Source: Patescibacteria group bacterium (lineage in GTDB: Bacteria; Patescibacteriota; Minisyncoccia; 2-02-FULL-40-12; GWA2-44-9). Taken from it: a stretch of DNA of 64,000 nt. A program made the position numbers and the translations under genes. The notes below the pieces were generated by a model that saw nothing but the letters and a program-made list of their open reading frames with translations, was not told the origin of the DNA and ran no database searches. Location: assembly GCA_038064515.1 (NCBI GenBank), contig JBBTSY010000007.1, forward strand, positions 18,249 through 82,248. Reading direction: 5' to 3'. Shown here in pieces: positions 1-9,711 of the stretch (the stretch's first letter is position 1; each line of letters opens with the position of its first letter).

Positions 1-1
1 C

Positions 2-247
2 GATATTATGAGCGAGTACGACGCGCAGTTAGCTCTCTTTAGCTCCGAAAAAAAGAATCTATCCACACAAAATCCATTGGAACAAAAGATTCTTGGTATA
101 CTAGAGAGCGACGGCCCCTCGTTGCTTGACGAAATAATAAGAAAAGTGGATAGTGAAACGCCTACGGTTATCGCCGCCCTCTCCATGCTTGAAATTCATG
201 GAAGTGTGCAACAATTAAGTACCGGCAAATACACCACATGCAATTAG
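2..247 (+). CDS. dprA: C-terminal fragment of DNA processing protein DprA-like (5' partial, runs off window)
   Basis: ORF 8..247 is open to the window edge. The small C-terminal domain lies immediately upstream of topA and overlaps its start, matching the conserved dprA-topA synteny. The identification rests on context plus weak motif resemblance. Confidence 0.45.
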   Translation, partial: DIMSEYDAQLALFSSEKKNLSTQNPLEQKILGILESDGPSLLDEIIRKVDSETPTVIAALSMLEIHGSVQQLSTGKYTTCN

Positions 248-2292
248 TTATTGTCGAATCGCCAACTAAAGCAAAGACTATTTCCCGCTTTCTCGGCGGC
301 GATTTTATTGTTAAATCCTCATACGGCCATATCCGTGATCTTCCAAAATCAGAACTGGGTATTGATATAGAACATGACTTCGAACCAAAGTATATCGTGC
401 CCACCAAAGCGAAGAAAAATCTTACTGATTTAAAAAAAGATGCCATTAAAGCCGATACGATTATTTTAGCAACTGACGAAGATCGAGAAGGTGAAGCGAT
501 CGCATGGCATCTCTACGACGCCTTGGGCCTGGAAAAACTCCAAAAGAAAAATAAAGATCTTAAAATCCAGCGCATTGTATTCCATGAAATTACCAAGCAC
601 GCCATTGAAGCCGCGCTTGAAAAGCCCCGCGCAATCGATCAAGCCCTCGTTAATGCCCAACAAGCGCGACGTGTTTTAGATCGACTCGTTGGCTACAAAC
701 TCTCCCCCGTTCTCTGGAAGCGATATTATCGCGGTCTTTCAGCGGGACGCGTACAGTCTGTTGCCGCCCGTCTTATCGTTGAGCGCGAACGCGAAATTGA
801 AAAGTTTAAGCCAGAGGAATATTGGAGCATCACCGCATTTTTAGATCAGGGCCCAAAAACAAAAACCATTGAAGCTACGCTGGTAAAAATTGGAGATAAA
901 ACCATTGAAAAGCTTTCCATTAATAACGAGAAAAACGCCACCGAGATCACCAAAGATCTCGAGAACGCTCCATATACTGTCGAAAATGTCGACAAGCAGG
1001 AAGTCACGCGCTCGCCGTTCGCGCCATTTACCACCAGCACGCTCCAACAGGATTCTGTAAAAAAGTTGCACTTCTCTTCCAAGCAGACCATGATGATTGC
1101 CCAACAGCTCTATGAAGGTGTCGATATCGGCTCCGACGGATCCGTCGGTTTAATTACATACATGCGTACCGATTCGGTAAATCTCTCACAAGAAGCAATT
1201 TTAAAAGCCAAGAGCTACATCGATAAAAACCTCGGTAATCAATACCACGAAGAGCGTCACTTTAAGACGAAATTAAAATCGGCCCAAGAAGCACACGAAG
1301 CAATTCGCCCAAGTCATCCCGAGCACTCGCCGGAAAATATCCAGAAATACCTGACGCCACAACAGTATAAGGTTTATGATCTCATCTGGCGGCGCTTTAT
1401 CGCCTCACAAATGACGAAAGCTGTCTTCGATGCCAGCACGATTGAAATCAAAGCCCCCTCGAATTCCTCGGGGCAAGTCAAGCAGTATCTCTTCCGAGCT
1501 AACGGTTCCACTATGAAGTTTGACGGCTTCCTGAAAATCTACCCAACAAAATACGAAGAAAATGAATTACCGGTCGTGAAAGTTGGCGAAAAGTTAGATC
1601 TTCAAGAATTAAAACCAGAACAACACTTCACTAAACCACCGGCACGATTTAATGAAGCCTCCCTGATTAAAATATTAGAAAAGGAAGGTATCGGCCGACC
1701 ATCCACTTACGCGCCTATTATTTCCACTATCCAAAATCGTAAATATGTAGAAAAGGACCGATCTCGATATTTCCATCCCACCGAAATCGGCATTCTTGTT
1801 AATGATTTCCTCGTTGAGCATTTTCCCGAAATTGTTGACATTAAATTCACGTCCCGCATGGAAGACGAACTTGACGAGATCGCCGCTGGAAAAATGGAAT
1901 GGGTACCGACGATTCGTGCTTTTTACACGCCGCTGGAAAAAGGATTAAAAGAAAAAACTGAAGAAGCCCAAAAAGAAAAAACTGCCGACCAGGAACTCAC
2001 TGACAAGATCTGCGACAAGTGCGGCAGTCCCATGGTTATCAAGCTCGGACGATTTGGTAAATTCACGGCTTGCTCTAAATTTCCGGAATGTAAGAACATT
2101 CTCAAAGAGGAGAAGAAAGAACCGGAGAAGACCGGAGAAAAATGCGAGAAATGCGAAACGGGCGAATTAGTCATACGTTATGGCCGTTTCGGCAAATTCA
2201 TTGCTTGCTCCAACTATCCCGAATGTAAAAACACTCGAAAGATTAAAAAGGAAAGCGAAGAAACTCCCGCAGAAGAAAAGAAAGAAGAATAA
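238..2292 (+). CDS. topA: DNA topoisomerase I with C-terminal Cys4 zinc-ribbon repeats
   Basis: 684 aa. The N-terminal TOPRIM begins MQLVIVESPTKAKTISRFLGG. The conserved core contains GYKLSPVLW. Three C-terminal C-x2-C...C-x2-C zinc ribbons are present (CDKCGSPM..CSKFPEC and CEKCETG..CSNYPEC). Confidence 0.95.
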   Translation: MQLVIVESPTKAKTISRFLGGDFIVKSSYGHIRDLPKSELGIDIEHDFEPKYIVPTKAKKNLTDLKKDAIKADTIILATDEDREGEAIAWHLYDALGLEKLQKKNKDLKIQRIVFHEITKHAIEAALEKPRAIDQALVNAQQARRVLDRLVGYKLSPVLWKRYYRGLSAGRVQSVAARLIVEREREIEKFKPEEYWSITAFLDQGPKTKTIEATLVKIGDKTIEKLSINNEKNATEITKDLENAPYTVENVDKQEVTRSPFAPFTTSTLQQDSVKKLHFSSKQTMMIAQQLYEGVDIGSDGSVGLITYMRTDSVNLSQEAILKAKSYIDKNLGNQYHEERHFKTKLKSAQEAHEAIRPSHPEHSPENIQKYLTPQQYKVYDLIWRRFIASQMTKAVFDASTIEIKAPSNSSGQVKQYLFRANGSTMKFDGFLKIYPTKYEENELPVVKVGEKLDLQELKPEQHFTKPPARFNEASLIKILEKEGIGRPSTYAPIISTIQNRKYVEKDRSRYFHPTEIGILVNDFLVEHFPEIVDIKFTSRMEDELDEIAAGKMEWVPTIRAFYTPLEKGLKEKTEEAQKEKTADQELTDKICDKCGSPMVIKLGRFGKFTACSKFPECKNILKEEKKEPEKTGEKCEKCETGELVIRYGRFGKFIACSNYPECKNTRKIKKESEETPAEEKKEE

Positions 2293-2304
2293 AATTTAGG
2301 CGGG

Positions 2305-3186
2305 TCAATCAATAATCGCCTTCGCAATCGTATTCAGCTGTTCGTGATCTGCAAAACGAATGACGATCTGTCCGCCCCTCTCCGTCGCTTTAATGAGAAC
2401 CGGCACGCAAAGATGTTCGCCAAGATTTTTTTCGAGTAGTACGAATCGGTGATCTTTCTTGCCGTGGCCCGTTGTTGTTCTCGCGCTTGCGGCCGCTTCC
2501 TCTACATCCCTGGAAGAAAAACCACCTTTGAGAATTTGGTTATAGACATCTTTCTGCCTTGATTCATCCGCAAAAGATAGGAGTGCGCGAGCATGAGCAT
2601 TCGTGATGCTTCCGTCGCGGAGAGCGTCTTTGATATATTTGGGAAGTTTCAGTAAGCGGACGGCATTGGTCACCACTTCGCGAGACTTGGAAACTTTTTC
2701 GGCGATTTCCCTATGCGTCAATCCGAATTCATTCTGTAATCGCTCATAGGCTTCAGCTTCTTCCATCGGATTAAGATCCTCGCGTTGCACGTTTTCAATA
2801 AGCGATATTTCGAGGCGTTCACTCTTTTGCTCAGGCAATTCGTCACGGATGATAACCGGGACATGCGGCAATCCGGCCAACTGCGAAGCGCGTAATCGGC
2901 GTTCGCCGGCTATGAGCTGATAAAAAACATTCAGGCCGCGGGAAGTATTCTCTTCAACTTTCGAAACCAGCAATGGCTGTAAGACGCCAAATTTGCGGAT
3001 GGATTTCGAAAGTTCGACTAAGCTTTCTTTATCGAAATCTTTTCGAGGCTGATCTGGATTCGGTCGGATCTTATGCACCTCAACATAAAACACATTCTCC
3101 TTGGCAATTGTCGAAGGTCTAAGATGCGTACCTTCCGCAGGGATAAGAGAATTCAAACCTTTACCGAGACCAAAGAATTTTTTCAT
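2305..3186 (-). CDS. parB: Chromosome partitioning protein ParB/Spo0J
   Basis: 293 aa. ParB box LIAGERRLRAS, an HTH segment THREIAEKVSKSREVVTNAVRLLKLP, and an adjacent parA on the same strand. Confidence 0.9.
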   Translation of the reverse strand: MKKFFGLGKGLNSLIPAEGTHLRPSTIAKENVFYVEVHKIRPNPDQPRKDFDKESLVELSKSIRKFGVLQPLLVSKVEENTSRGLNVFYQLIAGERRLRASQLAGLPHVPVIIRDELPEQKSERLEISLIENVQREDLNPMEEAEAYERLQNEFGLTHREIAEKVSKSREVVTNAVRLLKLPKYIKDALRDGSITNAHARALLSFADESRQKDVYNQILKGGFSSRDVEEAAASARTTTGHGKKDHRFVLLEKNLGEHLCVPVLIKATERGGQIVIRFADHEQLNTIAKAIID

Positions 3187-3206
3187 AGGATATTACTTGG
3201 TACGCC

Positions 3207-3968
3207 TTATGCAATTTTAATAATTTCTTCCGCAAGCTGACGATACGCCTGCGCCGCTTTCGATCCGGGATCAAACTGCAGAAGCGTTTTACCAAAGCTG
3301 GGCGCTTCCGCCACCGATACCATGCGCGGCACTACCGATTCAAAAACGCGACCGGGGAAATTTTTCATCACCTCATTAAGCACCTGCTGGGATAATTGGT
3401 TGCGCTTATCATACATTGTAAGCAAGACGCCCAACACTTGCAAATCGGGGTTTAAGCCACCGCGAATAAGTTCGATGGTTTTCAGAAGCTGGCCCAATCC
3501 TTCCAGAGCAAAATACTCGCATTGCACCGGAATTAATACCTTTTCCGAAGCGGCTAAGGCATTGACGGTAAGAAGTCCGAGCGAAGGCGGACAATCGATG
3601 AGGATATAATCATAGTTTGTGCGGAGAGAATCCAGAACCCGCTTCAAGCGGAATTCCCGATCTTCCATGGATACTAACTCTACGTTTGCCCCCGCAAGAC
3701 TTTGAGCGGCTGGTAAAATATCAAAACCAAACAGCGAAGTTTTTCTAATAAATCCCTGCGGATTCTGATCGTCAACAAGCGCGTGGTAGACATTATAATT
3801 ACTTTCTTCCAAGTGTACGCCTAAGCCAGTTGTGGCATTCGCTTGCGCGTCCATATCAACAAGCAATACATATTTTCCAAGAGCCGTAAGATAGGCACCC
3901 AAATTAGTTGCTGTCGTAGTCTTCCCGACCCCGCCTTTGGCATTACAGATACTGATGATACGCGCCAT
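3207..3968 (-). CDS. parA: Chromosome partitioning ATPase ParA/Soj
   Basis: 253 aa. A deviant Walker A (KGGVGKTTTATNLG) is present near the N-terminus, followed by the ParA/MinD family signature residues. The gene lies immediately upstream of parB. Confidence 0.9.
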   Translation of the reverse strand: MARIISICNAKGGVGKTTTATNLGAYLTALGKYVLLVDMDAQANATTGLGVHLEESNYNVYHALVDDQNPQGFIRKTSLFGFDILPAAQSLAGANVELVSMEDREFRLKRVLDSLRTNYDYILIDCPPSLGLLTVNALAASEKVLIPVQCEYFALEGLGQLLKTIELIRGGLNPDLQVLGVLLTMYDKRNQLSQQVLNEVMKNFPGRVFESVVPRMVSVAEAPSFGKTLLQFDPGSKAAQAYRQLAEEIIKIA

Positions 3969-4067
3969 ATTTCACTAATAATAGCACCATCTAAAGAAAA
4001 AGAAAGGTTGAAAACTCACCAAAACATGCTAGAATAGCCCTGCTATTACATGCGCCATGCACATGAC

Positions 4068-4153
4068 GCCCGGGTGGTGGAAGGGCATACACGTACGACT
4101 CAAAATCGTATGGCCGCAAGGCCGTGTGGGTTCAAGTCCCACCCCGGGCACCA
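4068..4153 (+). tRNA. tRNA-Leu (anticodon CAA), type II with long variable arm, CCA encoded
   Basis: A hand-folded cloverleaf fits the sequence. The acceptor stem is GCCCGGG/CCCGGGC. The D-stem is GTG/CAC with a GG-containing D-loop. The anticodon stem is TACGA/TCGTA with loop CTCAAAA, giving anticodon CAA. A variable-arm hairpin GGCC-GCAA-GGCC is present. The T-arm is GTGGG-TTCAAGT-CCCAC. The discriminator A and CCA occupy 4150-4153. Confidence 0.8.
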
Positions 4154-4222
4154 GTAGTAACTTGTTCGGAATTGACTGCTCCGCGGGATTAGATATTTTC
4201 ATAGATGAACTTTTGAAATAAT

Positions 4223-4978
4223 ATGAAGAAGGAAAAATTTCTAGACAATTTCTTGAATAAGATCATCTGCGGCAATGCCGTTGATGTAATGAAACAAATA
4301 CCCGACGGCTCGATTCATTTAGTGATTACTTCGCCTCCATATAATCTCAAAAATTCAACTGGCAACGGGATGAAAGACGGTCGAGGCGGAAAATGGGCAA
4401 ACGCCGCCCTGCAAAAGGGCTATTCGCACCACGACGATTGTATGCCACACAATGAGTATGTAAAGTGGCAACGAGATTGCCTGACAGAGATGATGAGGAT
4501 TATTCCAGAGGACGGAGCAATTTTTTATAACCACAAGTGGCGTGTGCAGGGCGGCTTATTGCAAGACCGCCAAGATATTGTAAGCGGTTTTCCGGTTCGT
4601 CAGGTAATAATTTGGAAACGGAAAGGCGGCCTCAATTTTAACGCCGGATATTTCTTGCCAACTTATGAAGTTATTTATCTTATCGCCAAGCCAGAATTCA
4701 AACTTGCGACAAAAGCGAACGCTCACGGCGATGTCTGGGAGTTTACGCAAGAAATGAACAACGCACATCCAGCTGCTTTCCCAGTGAGCTTGATTGACCG
4801 GATTGTTTCTGCCACGGACGCTAACATTGTATTGGACCCGTTCATGGGTTCCGGCACAACGGCGATCTCTGCGATAAACTTCAAGCGGAATTATATCGGG
4901 ATTGATATTTCACCGAAGTATTGCGAAATGGCGAAAAAGAGAATAAAACAACATCAGTCCCAATCCAAACTTTTGTAA
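4223..4978 (+). CDS. DNA methyltransferase, beta-class amino-MTase (SPPY motif IV near N-terminus, DPFMGSGTT motif I near C-terminus), probably N4-cytosine specific
   Basis: 251 aa. Motif IV appears as ITSPPYN and motif I as LDPFMGSGTT. The order IV then I is typical of beta-group N4C/N6A MTases. The gene is adjacent to a candidate endonuclease gene. Confidence 0.85.
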   Translation: MKKEKFLDNFLNKIICGNAVDVMKQIPDGSIHLVITSPPYNLKNSTGNGMKDGRGGKWANAALQKGYSHHDDCMPHNEYVKWQRDCLTEMMRIIPEDGAIFYNHKWRVQGGLLQDRQDIVSGFPVRQVIIWKRKGGLNFNAGYFLPTYEVIYLIAKPEFKLATKANAHGDVWEFTQEMNNAHPAAFPVSLIDRIVSATDANIVLDPFMGSGTTAISAINFKRNYIGIDISPKYCEMAKKRIKQHQSQSKLL

Positions 4979-4982
4979 TACT

Positions 4983-5780
4983 ATGAAAAAGAAACCTATC
5001 ATCTACACAAAACCCACACTTATTGCGAAACTCAAAGAGATTTCAGCGATGGAATTTGTTCCAAACACGCGACGAGGCAATGCCGGCAGTATTGGAAATA
5101 CGCTTGAAGATTTACTAGGTATTAGGGAAAACAATTTACCAATTCCGAACGCCGCAGAATGGGAATTGAAAGCGCAACGCCTCAATTCAACCTCACTGAC
5201 AACACTTTTCCATATTGAACCCTCGCCACGCGCCATTCGCTTTGTCCCGCAAGTGTTATTGCCAAAATATGGCTGGGCACATCAAGAGGATGGCAAGAAG
5301 TATCCAAAAAGAGAAATGAGCTATCGGCAAACAATCCACGGAAATTCACGAAGTGATCGCGGCTTCAAAGTCATGATTAATCGAAAGGAACGCAAAATTT
5401 TGATTTCCTTCGACGCGAAAAGTGTTGATTCACGACATAAGGGTTGGCTTGAATCGGTCAAAAAGCGTGTTGGTCTTGGGGAGCTCAATCCGCAACCATA
5501 TTGGGGTTTCGATGATTTGGAGCATAAGGCTGGAACAAAATTACTCAATGCTTTTTATGTTCAGGCTGAAGTAAAAATAGTACGCAAAAAAGAACATTAT
5601 CATTATACGAAAGTAATGATGTTGCAGAAATTTAGTTTTGAAGGATTTTTGAAAGCGTTGGAGGAAGGAAAAATCCTTGTGGATTTTGACGCTCGCACTG
5701 GACACAATCACGGCACAAAATTCCGCATGAGACAGAACTGCTTGCCGATGTTGTACGAAAAAGCTACAGTAATTACCTAA
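4983..5780 (+). CDS. Putative Type II restriction endonuclease, MvaI/BcnI/MutH-like fold
   Basis: 265 aa. The gene is tightly coupled, with a 4-nt gap, downstream of the MTase. A MutH-like catalytic arrangement D-(x)n-E-x-K is visible (NTLEDLLG ... AAEWELKAQ). The size is similar to MvaI/BcnI, whose cognate MTases are N4C enzymes. Confidence 0.55.
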   Translation: MKKKPIIYTKPTLIAKLKEISAMEFVPNTRRGNAGSIGNTLEDLLGIRENNLPIPNAAEWELKAQRLNSTSLTTLFHIEPSPRAIRFVPQVLLPKYGWAHQEDGKKYPKREMSYRQTIHGNSRSDRGFKVMINRKERKILISFDAKSVDSRHKGWLESVKKRVGLGELNPQPYWGFDDLEHKAGTKLLNAFYVQAEVKIVRKKEHYHYTKVMMLQKFSFEGFLKALEEGKILVDFDARTGHNHGTKFRMRQNCLPMLYEKATVIT

Positions 5781-5784
5781 ATCT

Positions 5785-6720
5785 ATGGCAGAAGAAATCG
5801 AGAAAAAAGAAAAGAGGCCGGGACCAAAGATAAACGGCGAAAAGAAAGAGGAATTATCGCCGCTTAAAAAATTACTCAAGAAAAGTGATGTTCTTTTGAT
5901 GCTCTATCCGAAAGACGCGGATGGGTATTTTTCAGAGAGTATTCAGGCGAAAGATGAGATAACAGTTTATAAGTTGCTCTGCGATCGAAAGGAGACAAAG
6001 GAATCTCTTGTTATTTTGCTTGATACAAGTGGTGGTAATGTTTATTCGGCAGTAAAAATAATGGACACCTTACGCACCAAATACAAAGATATTACAATTG
6101 CTATTCCGCAAGAAGCAAAAAGCTCAGGAACGATGATGTGTTGTGGAGCCGACAAACTCATTATGGGACCAATTTCAGAACTTGGCCCACTCGATAAGCC
6201 AATGATTCACCCCGATAATGAAACTGCTCGGATATCGGCATTGGACATTGTGAAATCCATTGATGGAATGTTAGATACTGCAGAGGAACGAGAAAAAGAA
6301 CTTGCAAAGGAAATTAATGTAGAATTTGGTATTCCAATGCAAAAAAGTCTGGCTCTTGCCAGTGACTCAATTTCAAAATTGATTTCCCCAATGCTCTGCA
6401 AGGAAGATGTAAAAATTTACAACCAAGCAAAACGTCTTTTAGCAATCGCAGAAAATTATGGAAAAGAATTTTTGATCGGATTCATGCTAAAATATATAGA
6501 CAAAGAAAAACTGCGCGAGCGCATTGCTAATATGATTATCCGTCGGTTGGTGTGGCTTTATCCTGATCATGGTTTTGCTGTTCGACGTAATGAATTACGA
6601 GAGTGGTTTTTTATGATTGCTGATGCCGAAAAGGTTGAATACTGGGACGAATTGTGGAAAGAATTTGAGCAAAATATCGGATCAAGCCGAGGCAAGATCA
6701 TAAAGTTTTTGAATCCATGA
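5785..6720 (+). CDS. ClpP/SppA-fold serine protease-like protein (SDH/S49-like family)
   Basis: 311 aa. The segment LLDTSGGNVYSAVKIMDTLR...AKSSGTMMCCGADKLIMGP resembles the ClpP/crotonase-fold protease core, which carries a nucleophilic Ser in a GxSxG-like context. No signal peptide is obvious. Confidence 0.5.
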   Translation: MAEEIEKKEKRPGPKINGEKKEELSPLKKLLKKSDVLLMLYPKDADGYFSESIQAKDEITVYKLLCDRKETKESLVILLDTSGGNVYSAVKIMDTLRTKYKDITIAIPQEAKSSGTMMCCGADKLIMGPISELGPLDKPMIHPDNETARISALDIVKSIDGMLDTAEEREKELAKEINVEFGIPMQKSLALASDSISKLISPMLCKEDVKIYNQAKRLLAIAENYGKEFLIGFMLKYIDKEKLRERIANMIIRRLVWLYPDHGFAVRRNELREWFFMIADAEKVEYWDELWKEFEQNIGSSRGKIIKFLNP

Positions 6721-6920
6721 TTATGACTCAAGCATATTTATCACAATTGAATACGACAAGAAACGATGATAAGAAAATTATTTTGCCGAAACCCGATGAC
6801 ACGCCTATCAGCGCGAGCGAAAAGTTAGTCAAAGAAGATATAAGGAAACTGACACAAAACTCCGAAGATATCAGAAAACTGAAAGAGCAAGTTAATAACA
6901 AAAAAGAAGATAGCAAGTAG
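6717..6920 (+). CDS. Small hypothetical protein (67 aa), start overlaps upstream stop (ATGA)
   Basis: Translationally coupled ORF that is Lys/Glu-rich. No recognisable domain. Confidence 0.3.
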   Translation: MIMTQAYLSQLNTTRNDDKKIILPKPDDTPISASEKLVKEDIRKLTQNSEDIRKLKEQVNNKKEDSK

Positions 6921-6969
6921 AATAATGTCGTCGCCAAAAAAGGTTCACGCAAAGTGTATAATTACAGCA

Positions 6970-7791
6970 CTAAAAGTTGAGTCTTACGAGATTCTCCAGA
7001 ACTGCGACAATGACCAGCGGGCCCATACCGCCGGGCACGGGTGTAATAAGTGATGCCTTTTTGGCGACTTTTTTGAATTCAACGTCGCCGGCTACTATGC
7101 CGCCTTTCAAGCTATAGCCATAATCAATCACAATTGCGTCCTGCTTTACCATATCTGCCGTAATTAATCCGGGCTTACCCACGCCAGTGATGATTATGCC
7201 CGCTTGTTGAGAATATTTTTCAGGGTTTGCCGTGAATTCATCAATCATAAACACTTGAGCGCCCTTTGATTTAAGCCAATGCGTAATCGGCTTGCCTACG
7301 AGACGGCCCTGACCGAAGACTGCCGCCTTCTTACCCAGAGGGTTGATGCTGTATTTTTCAAAAACCATGTTGAGCGCCTGCACGGCGGGCGGCAAAATAG
7401 TCAAAGCATTCTTATAAAATCCCTCTTCCTTCTCGGATGTAAGCACGTCAACATCTTTCCTTGGATCAATGAGATTAAGAATTTCCTGCGCATTGAAATG
7501 CTCCGGCACGGGTAATTCCACGAGTATGCCCTGCGTATTCGGATCTTTCGAAAGCCATTTCATTGATGCCTTAATAGTCTCCAGCGTAGCATCACCGGCA
7601 ATTTCATACGCTGAAAATTCTATTCCGATGCTCTGGGCGGCTTTTTTCTTCAGTTGTACGAATTTTTTCAGCGCCGGGTTATCCCCGATAATAATCGCCG
7701 CGAGCTGAAGCTCAAGATGTTTTCCGTCAATCTCCTGCTTTAAGCGCGCGAGCGCTCCCTGCGCTAACTGTTGGCCGTCAATTATTGCCAT
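6970..7791 (-). CDS. folD: Bifunctional methylenetetrahydrofolate dehydrogenase/cyclohydrolase
   Basis: 273 aa. The FolD N-terminal and NAD(P)-binding regions are present (PGGMGPLVIVAVLENL C-terminal signature). The gene lies adjacent to glyA. Confidence 0.9.
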   Translation of the reverse strand: MAIIDGQQLAQGALARLKQEIDGKHLELQLAAIIIGDNPALKKFVQLKKKAAQSIGIEFSAYEIAGDATLETIKASMKWLSKDPNTQGILVELPVPEHFNAQEILNLIDPRKDVDVLTSEKEEGFYKNALTILPPAVQALNMVFEKYSINPLGKKAAVFGQGRLVGKPITHWLKSKGAQVFMIDEFTANPEKYSQQAGIIITGVGKPGLITADMVKQDAIVIDYGYSLKGGIVAGDVEFKKVAKKASLITPVPGGMGPLVIVAVLENLVRLNF

Positions 7792-9023
7792 AAAGGAAAT
7801 TTATTCGTCAGTTTCAGTATATCTTTTTTCACCTTTTGGGGAGAAGTTCGATCCAAGAGTGCCGCTTTGATAGAAGCCGCGATCAGGCGCATTTCTTTCT
7901 CCTTCATCCCGCGCGTAGTTATCGCTGGCGTGCCGATCCTAATACCCGAAGGATCCCACGGCTTACGTGTATCGTTAGGAATCATATTTTTATTCACGAT
8001 AATTCCCGCTTTTTCCAAGAGCTCCCCGGCTTCCTTTCCCGAAAGACCGGTAGCTGTAAGATCCGCGAGAAAAAAATGAGTATCCGTGCCGCCGGAAATA
8101 ATCGTAAATCCATAAGCCGAGAGTTCTTGGGCTAATATTTTAGCATTTAGCACTATCTGTCGAGCATATTTTTTAAATGCCGGCCTAAGAGCCTCTCGGG
8201 CCATAATCGCCATGGCAAAAATCGTGTTCTCGTGCGGACCGCCCTGCAATCCCGGAAATACCGCCTTATCGATCGCCTCGCCTAATTCTTTGCGGCTAAT
8301 GATGATTGCCGCTCGAGGACCACGTAATGTCTTTTGGGTAGTGGTAACCACAACATCGGCATGCGGAAAAGGCGAAGGGTGTACGCCGCCGGCGATCAAC
8401 CCGGCAATGTGCGATACGTCCGCCATGAGATATGCTCCCACATCCTTGGCAATGCGGGCGAATTTCTTGAAATCCAGCGTTCGCGCGTAGGCGGAAGCGC
8501 CGCAGATGATCAGCTTTGGTTTGTGTTTTTGCGCCAAGCGCTCAACTTCTTTCATATCAATGCGACCGTCCTCGCCCACGCCGTAATGGGTGAAATTCCA
8601 GACGGAACTCGTAAAGCTGACGCGATGACCATGCGTAAGATGGCCGCCGTGTTCCAGTGACATCGCCAGAACCTTATCGCCTGGCTTTAGGAGCGCGACA
8701 TACACGGCAAGATTCGCAATACTGCCCGAGTATGGTTGCACATTCATAGACCAACTTCGAGATGTAATACGAAACACACGGAACAATAATTCCCTTGTTA
8801 ATGTTTCGATGGTATCAATGATCTGGTTGCCAAAATAGTAACGTTGCCCTGGTTTTCCCTCCGCATATTTATCGGTAAACCTCGTACCGAGCGCTTCTAG
8901 AACTGCCGGAGAGACATAATTCTCCGACGCGATTAAATTTACCGCATCTTTATGACGCCTCATCTCTGCCTCCAAAAGGCGATAGAGTTCATGATGATTT
9001 TTTTTAAGGGTTGGGTATTTCAT
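7782..9023 (-). CDS. glyA: Serine hydroxymethyltransferase
   Basis: 413 aa. LIASENYVSPAVLEALGTRFTDKYAEG is present. The PLP-lysine region TTTQKTLRGPRAA is present. Confidence 0.95.
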   Translation of the reverse strand: MKYPTLKKNHHELYRLLEAEMRRHKDAVNLIASENYVSPAVLEALGTRFTDKYAEGKPGQRYYFGNQIIDTIETLTRELLFRVFRITSRSWSMNVQPYSGSIANLAVYVALLKPGDKVLAMSLEHGGHLTHGHRVSFTSSVWNFTHYGVGEDGRIDMKEVERLAQKHKPKLIICGASAYARTLDFKKFARIAKDVGAYLMADVSHIAGLIAGGVHPSPFPHADVVVTTTQKTLRGPRAAIIISRKELGEAIDKAVFPGLQGGPHENTIFAMAIMAREALRPAFKKYARQIVLNAKILAQELSAYGFTIISGGTDTHFFLADLTATGLSGKEAGELLEKAGIIVNKNMIPNDTRKPWDPSGIRIGTPAITTRGMKEKEMRLIAASIKAALLDRTSPQKVKKDILKLTNKFPLWQ

Positions 9024-9658
9024 ATTCCCAATAATTCCATGAGTTGTTGCGGTTTCGCGGCGCCGACATGGAGGATCTTAGGTTGCGCGCCGGTAAAATC
9101 AATTAAGGTAGGGGGTTCGGAGGGCGGCAGGGTACCGACATCAATTACCAGATCGGGCATTACCAGACTGTGCGACAGTGATTCGATAATCTCTTCAACG
9201 CGCTGAATCGGTTTGTTTCCGGAGACATTAGCTGAAGTCATTGTCAGCGGATAGCCGTACTTTCCTAACAGCGTATCCACCATTTTGTAATCGGGAATAC
9301 GAATAGCCACATTGGGATGCCCCGCTGTGACGACATCAGGCACGATGCTATTTTTTGGAAGTACCGCCGTCACCACCCCAGGCCATATCTTTTCGAGCAT
9401 ATACTCCTGCTTGGGCGTGATTTTTGCCAGCTCTTTCACCCATTTCATGTTGCGCGCGCTGATAGGCAATGGCTTTAGAAAGCTTCGTTGTTTAATTTTA
9501 AAAACTCGCTCCACCGCCTCCACGTTGAGCGCATTAGCGGCCAGCCCGTACAGAGTATCGGTGGGATAGAGCACCACTCCGCCCGCTTCCAAAACATTAA
9601 TCACTTCGACAATCACGGGAGCATAATCTTTTGTGGGATCGACTTGGATAATCTTCAT
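9020..9658 (-). CDS. tsaC: L-threonylcarbamoyladenylate synthase (TsaC/YrdC/Sua5 family)
   Basis: 212 aa. The YrdC fold signature VLYPTDTLYGLAANALN is present. Confidence 0.85.
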   Translation of the reverse strand: MKIIQVDPTKDYAPVIVEVINVLEAGGVVLYPTDTLYGLAANALNVEAVERVFKIKQRSFLKPLPISARNMKWVKELAKITPKQEYMLEKIWPGVVTAVLPKNSIVPDVVTAGHPNVAIRIPDYKMVDTLLGKYGYPLTMTSANVSGNKPIQRVEEIIESLSHSLVMPDLVIDVGTLPPSEPPTLIDFTGAQPKILHVGAAKPQQLMELLGI

Positions 9659-9711
9659 TTCCCTGAAAATTTAAAAAAGAGTCCGGAGACTCCTCCCCAT
9701 CGTCAACGAGA

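Noticed and set aside
168-446. 92-aa minus-strand ORF overlapping dprA/topA junction and several other antisense ORFs inside housekeeping genes (e.g. 841..1104, 8334..8660, 13253..13636, 37967..38503)
   Set aside because: These lie antisense or out of frame within strongly supported conserved genes and are typical ORF-track noise.
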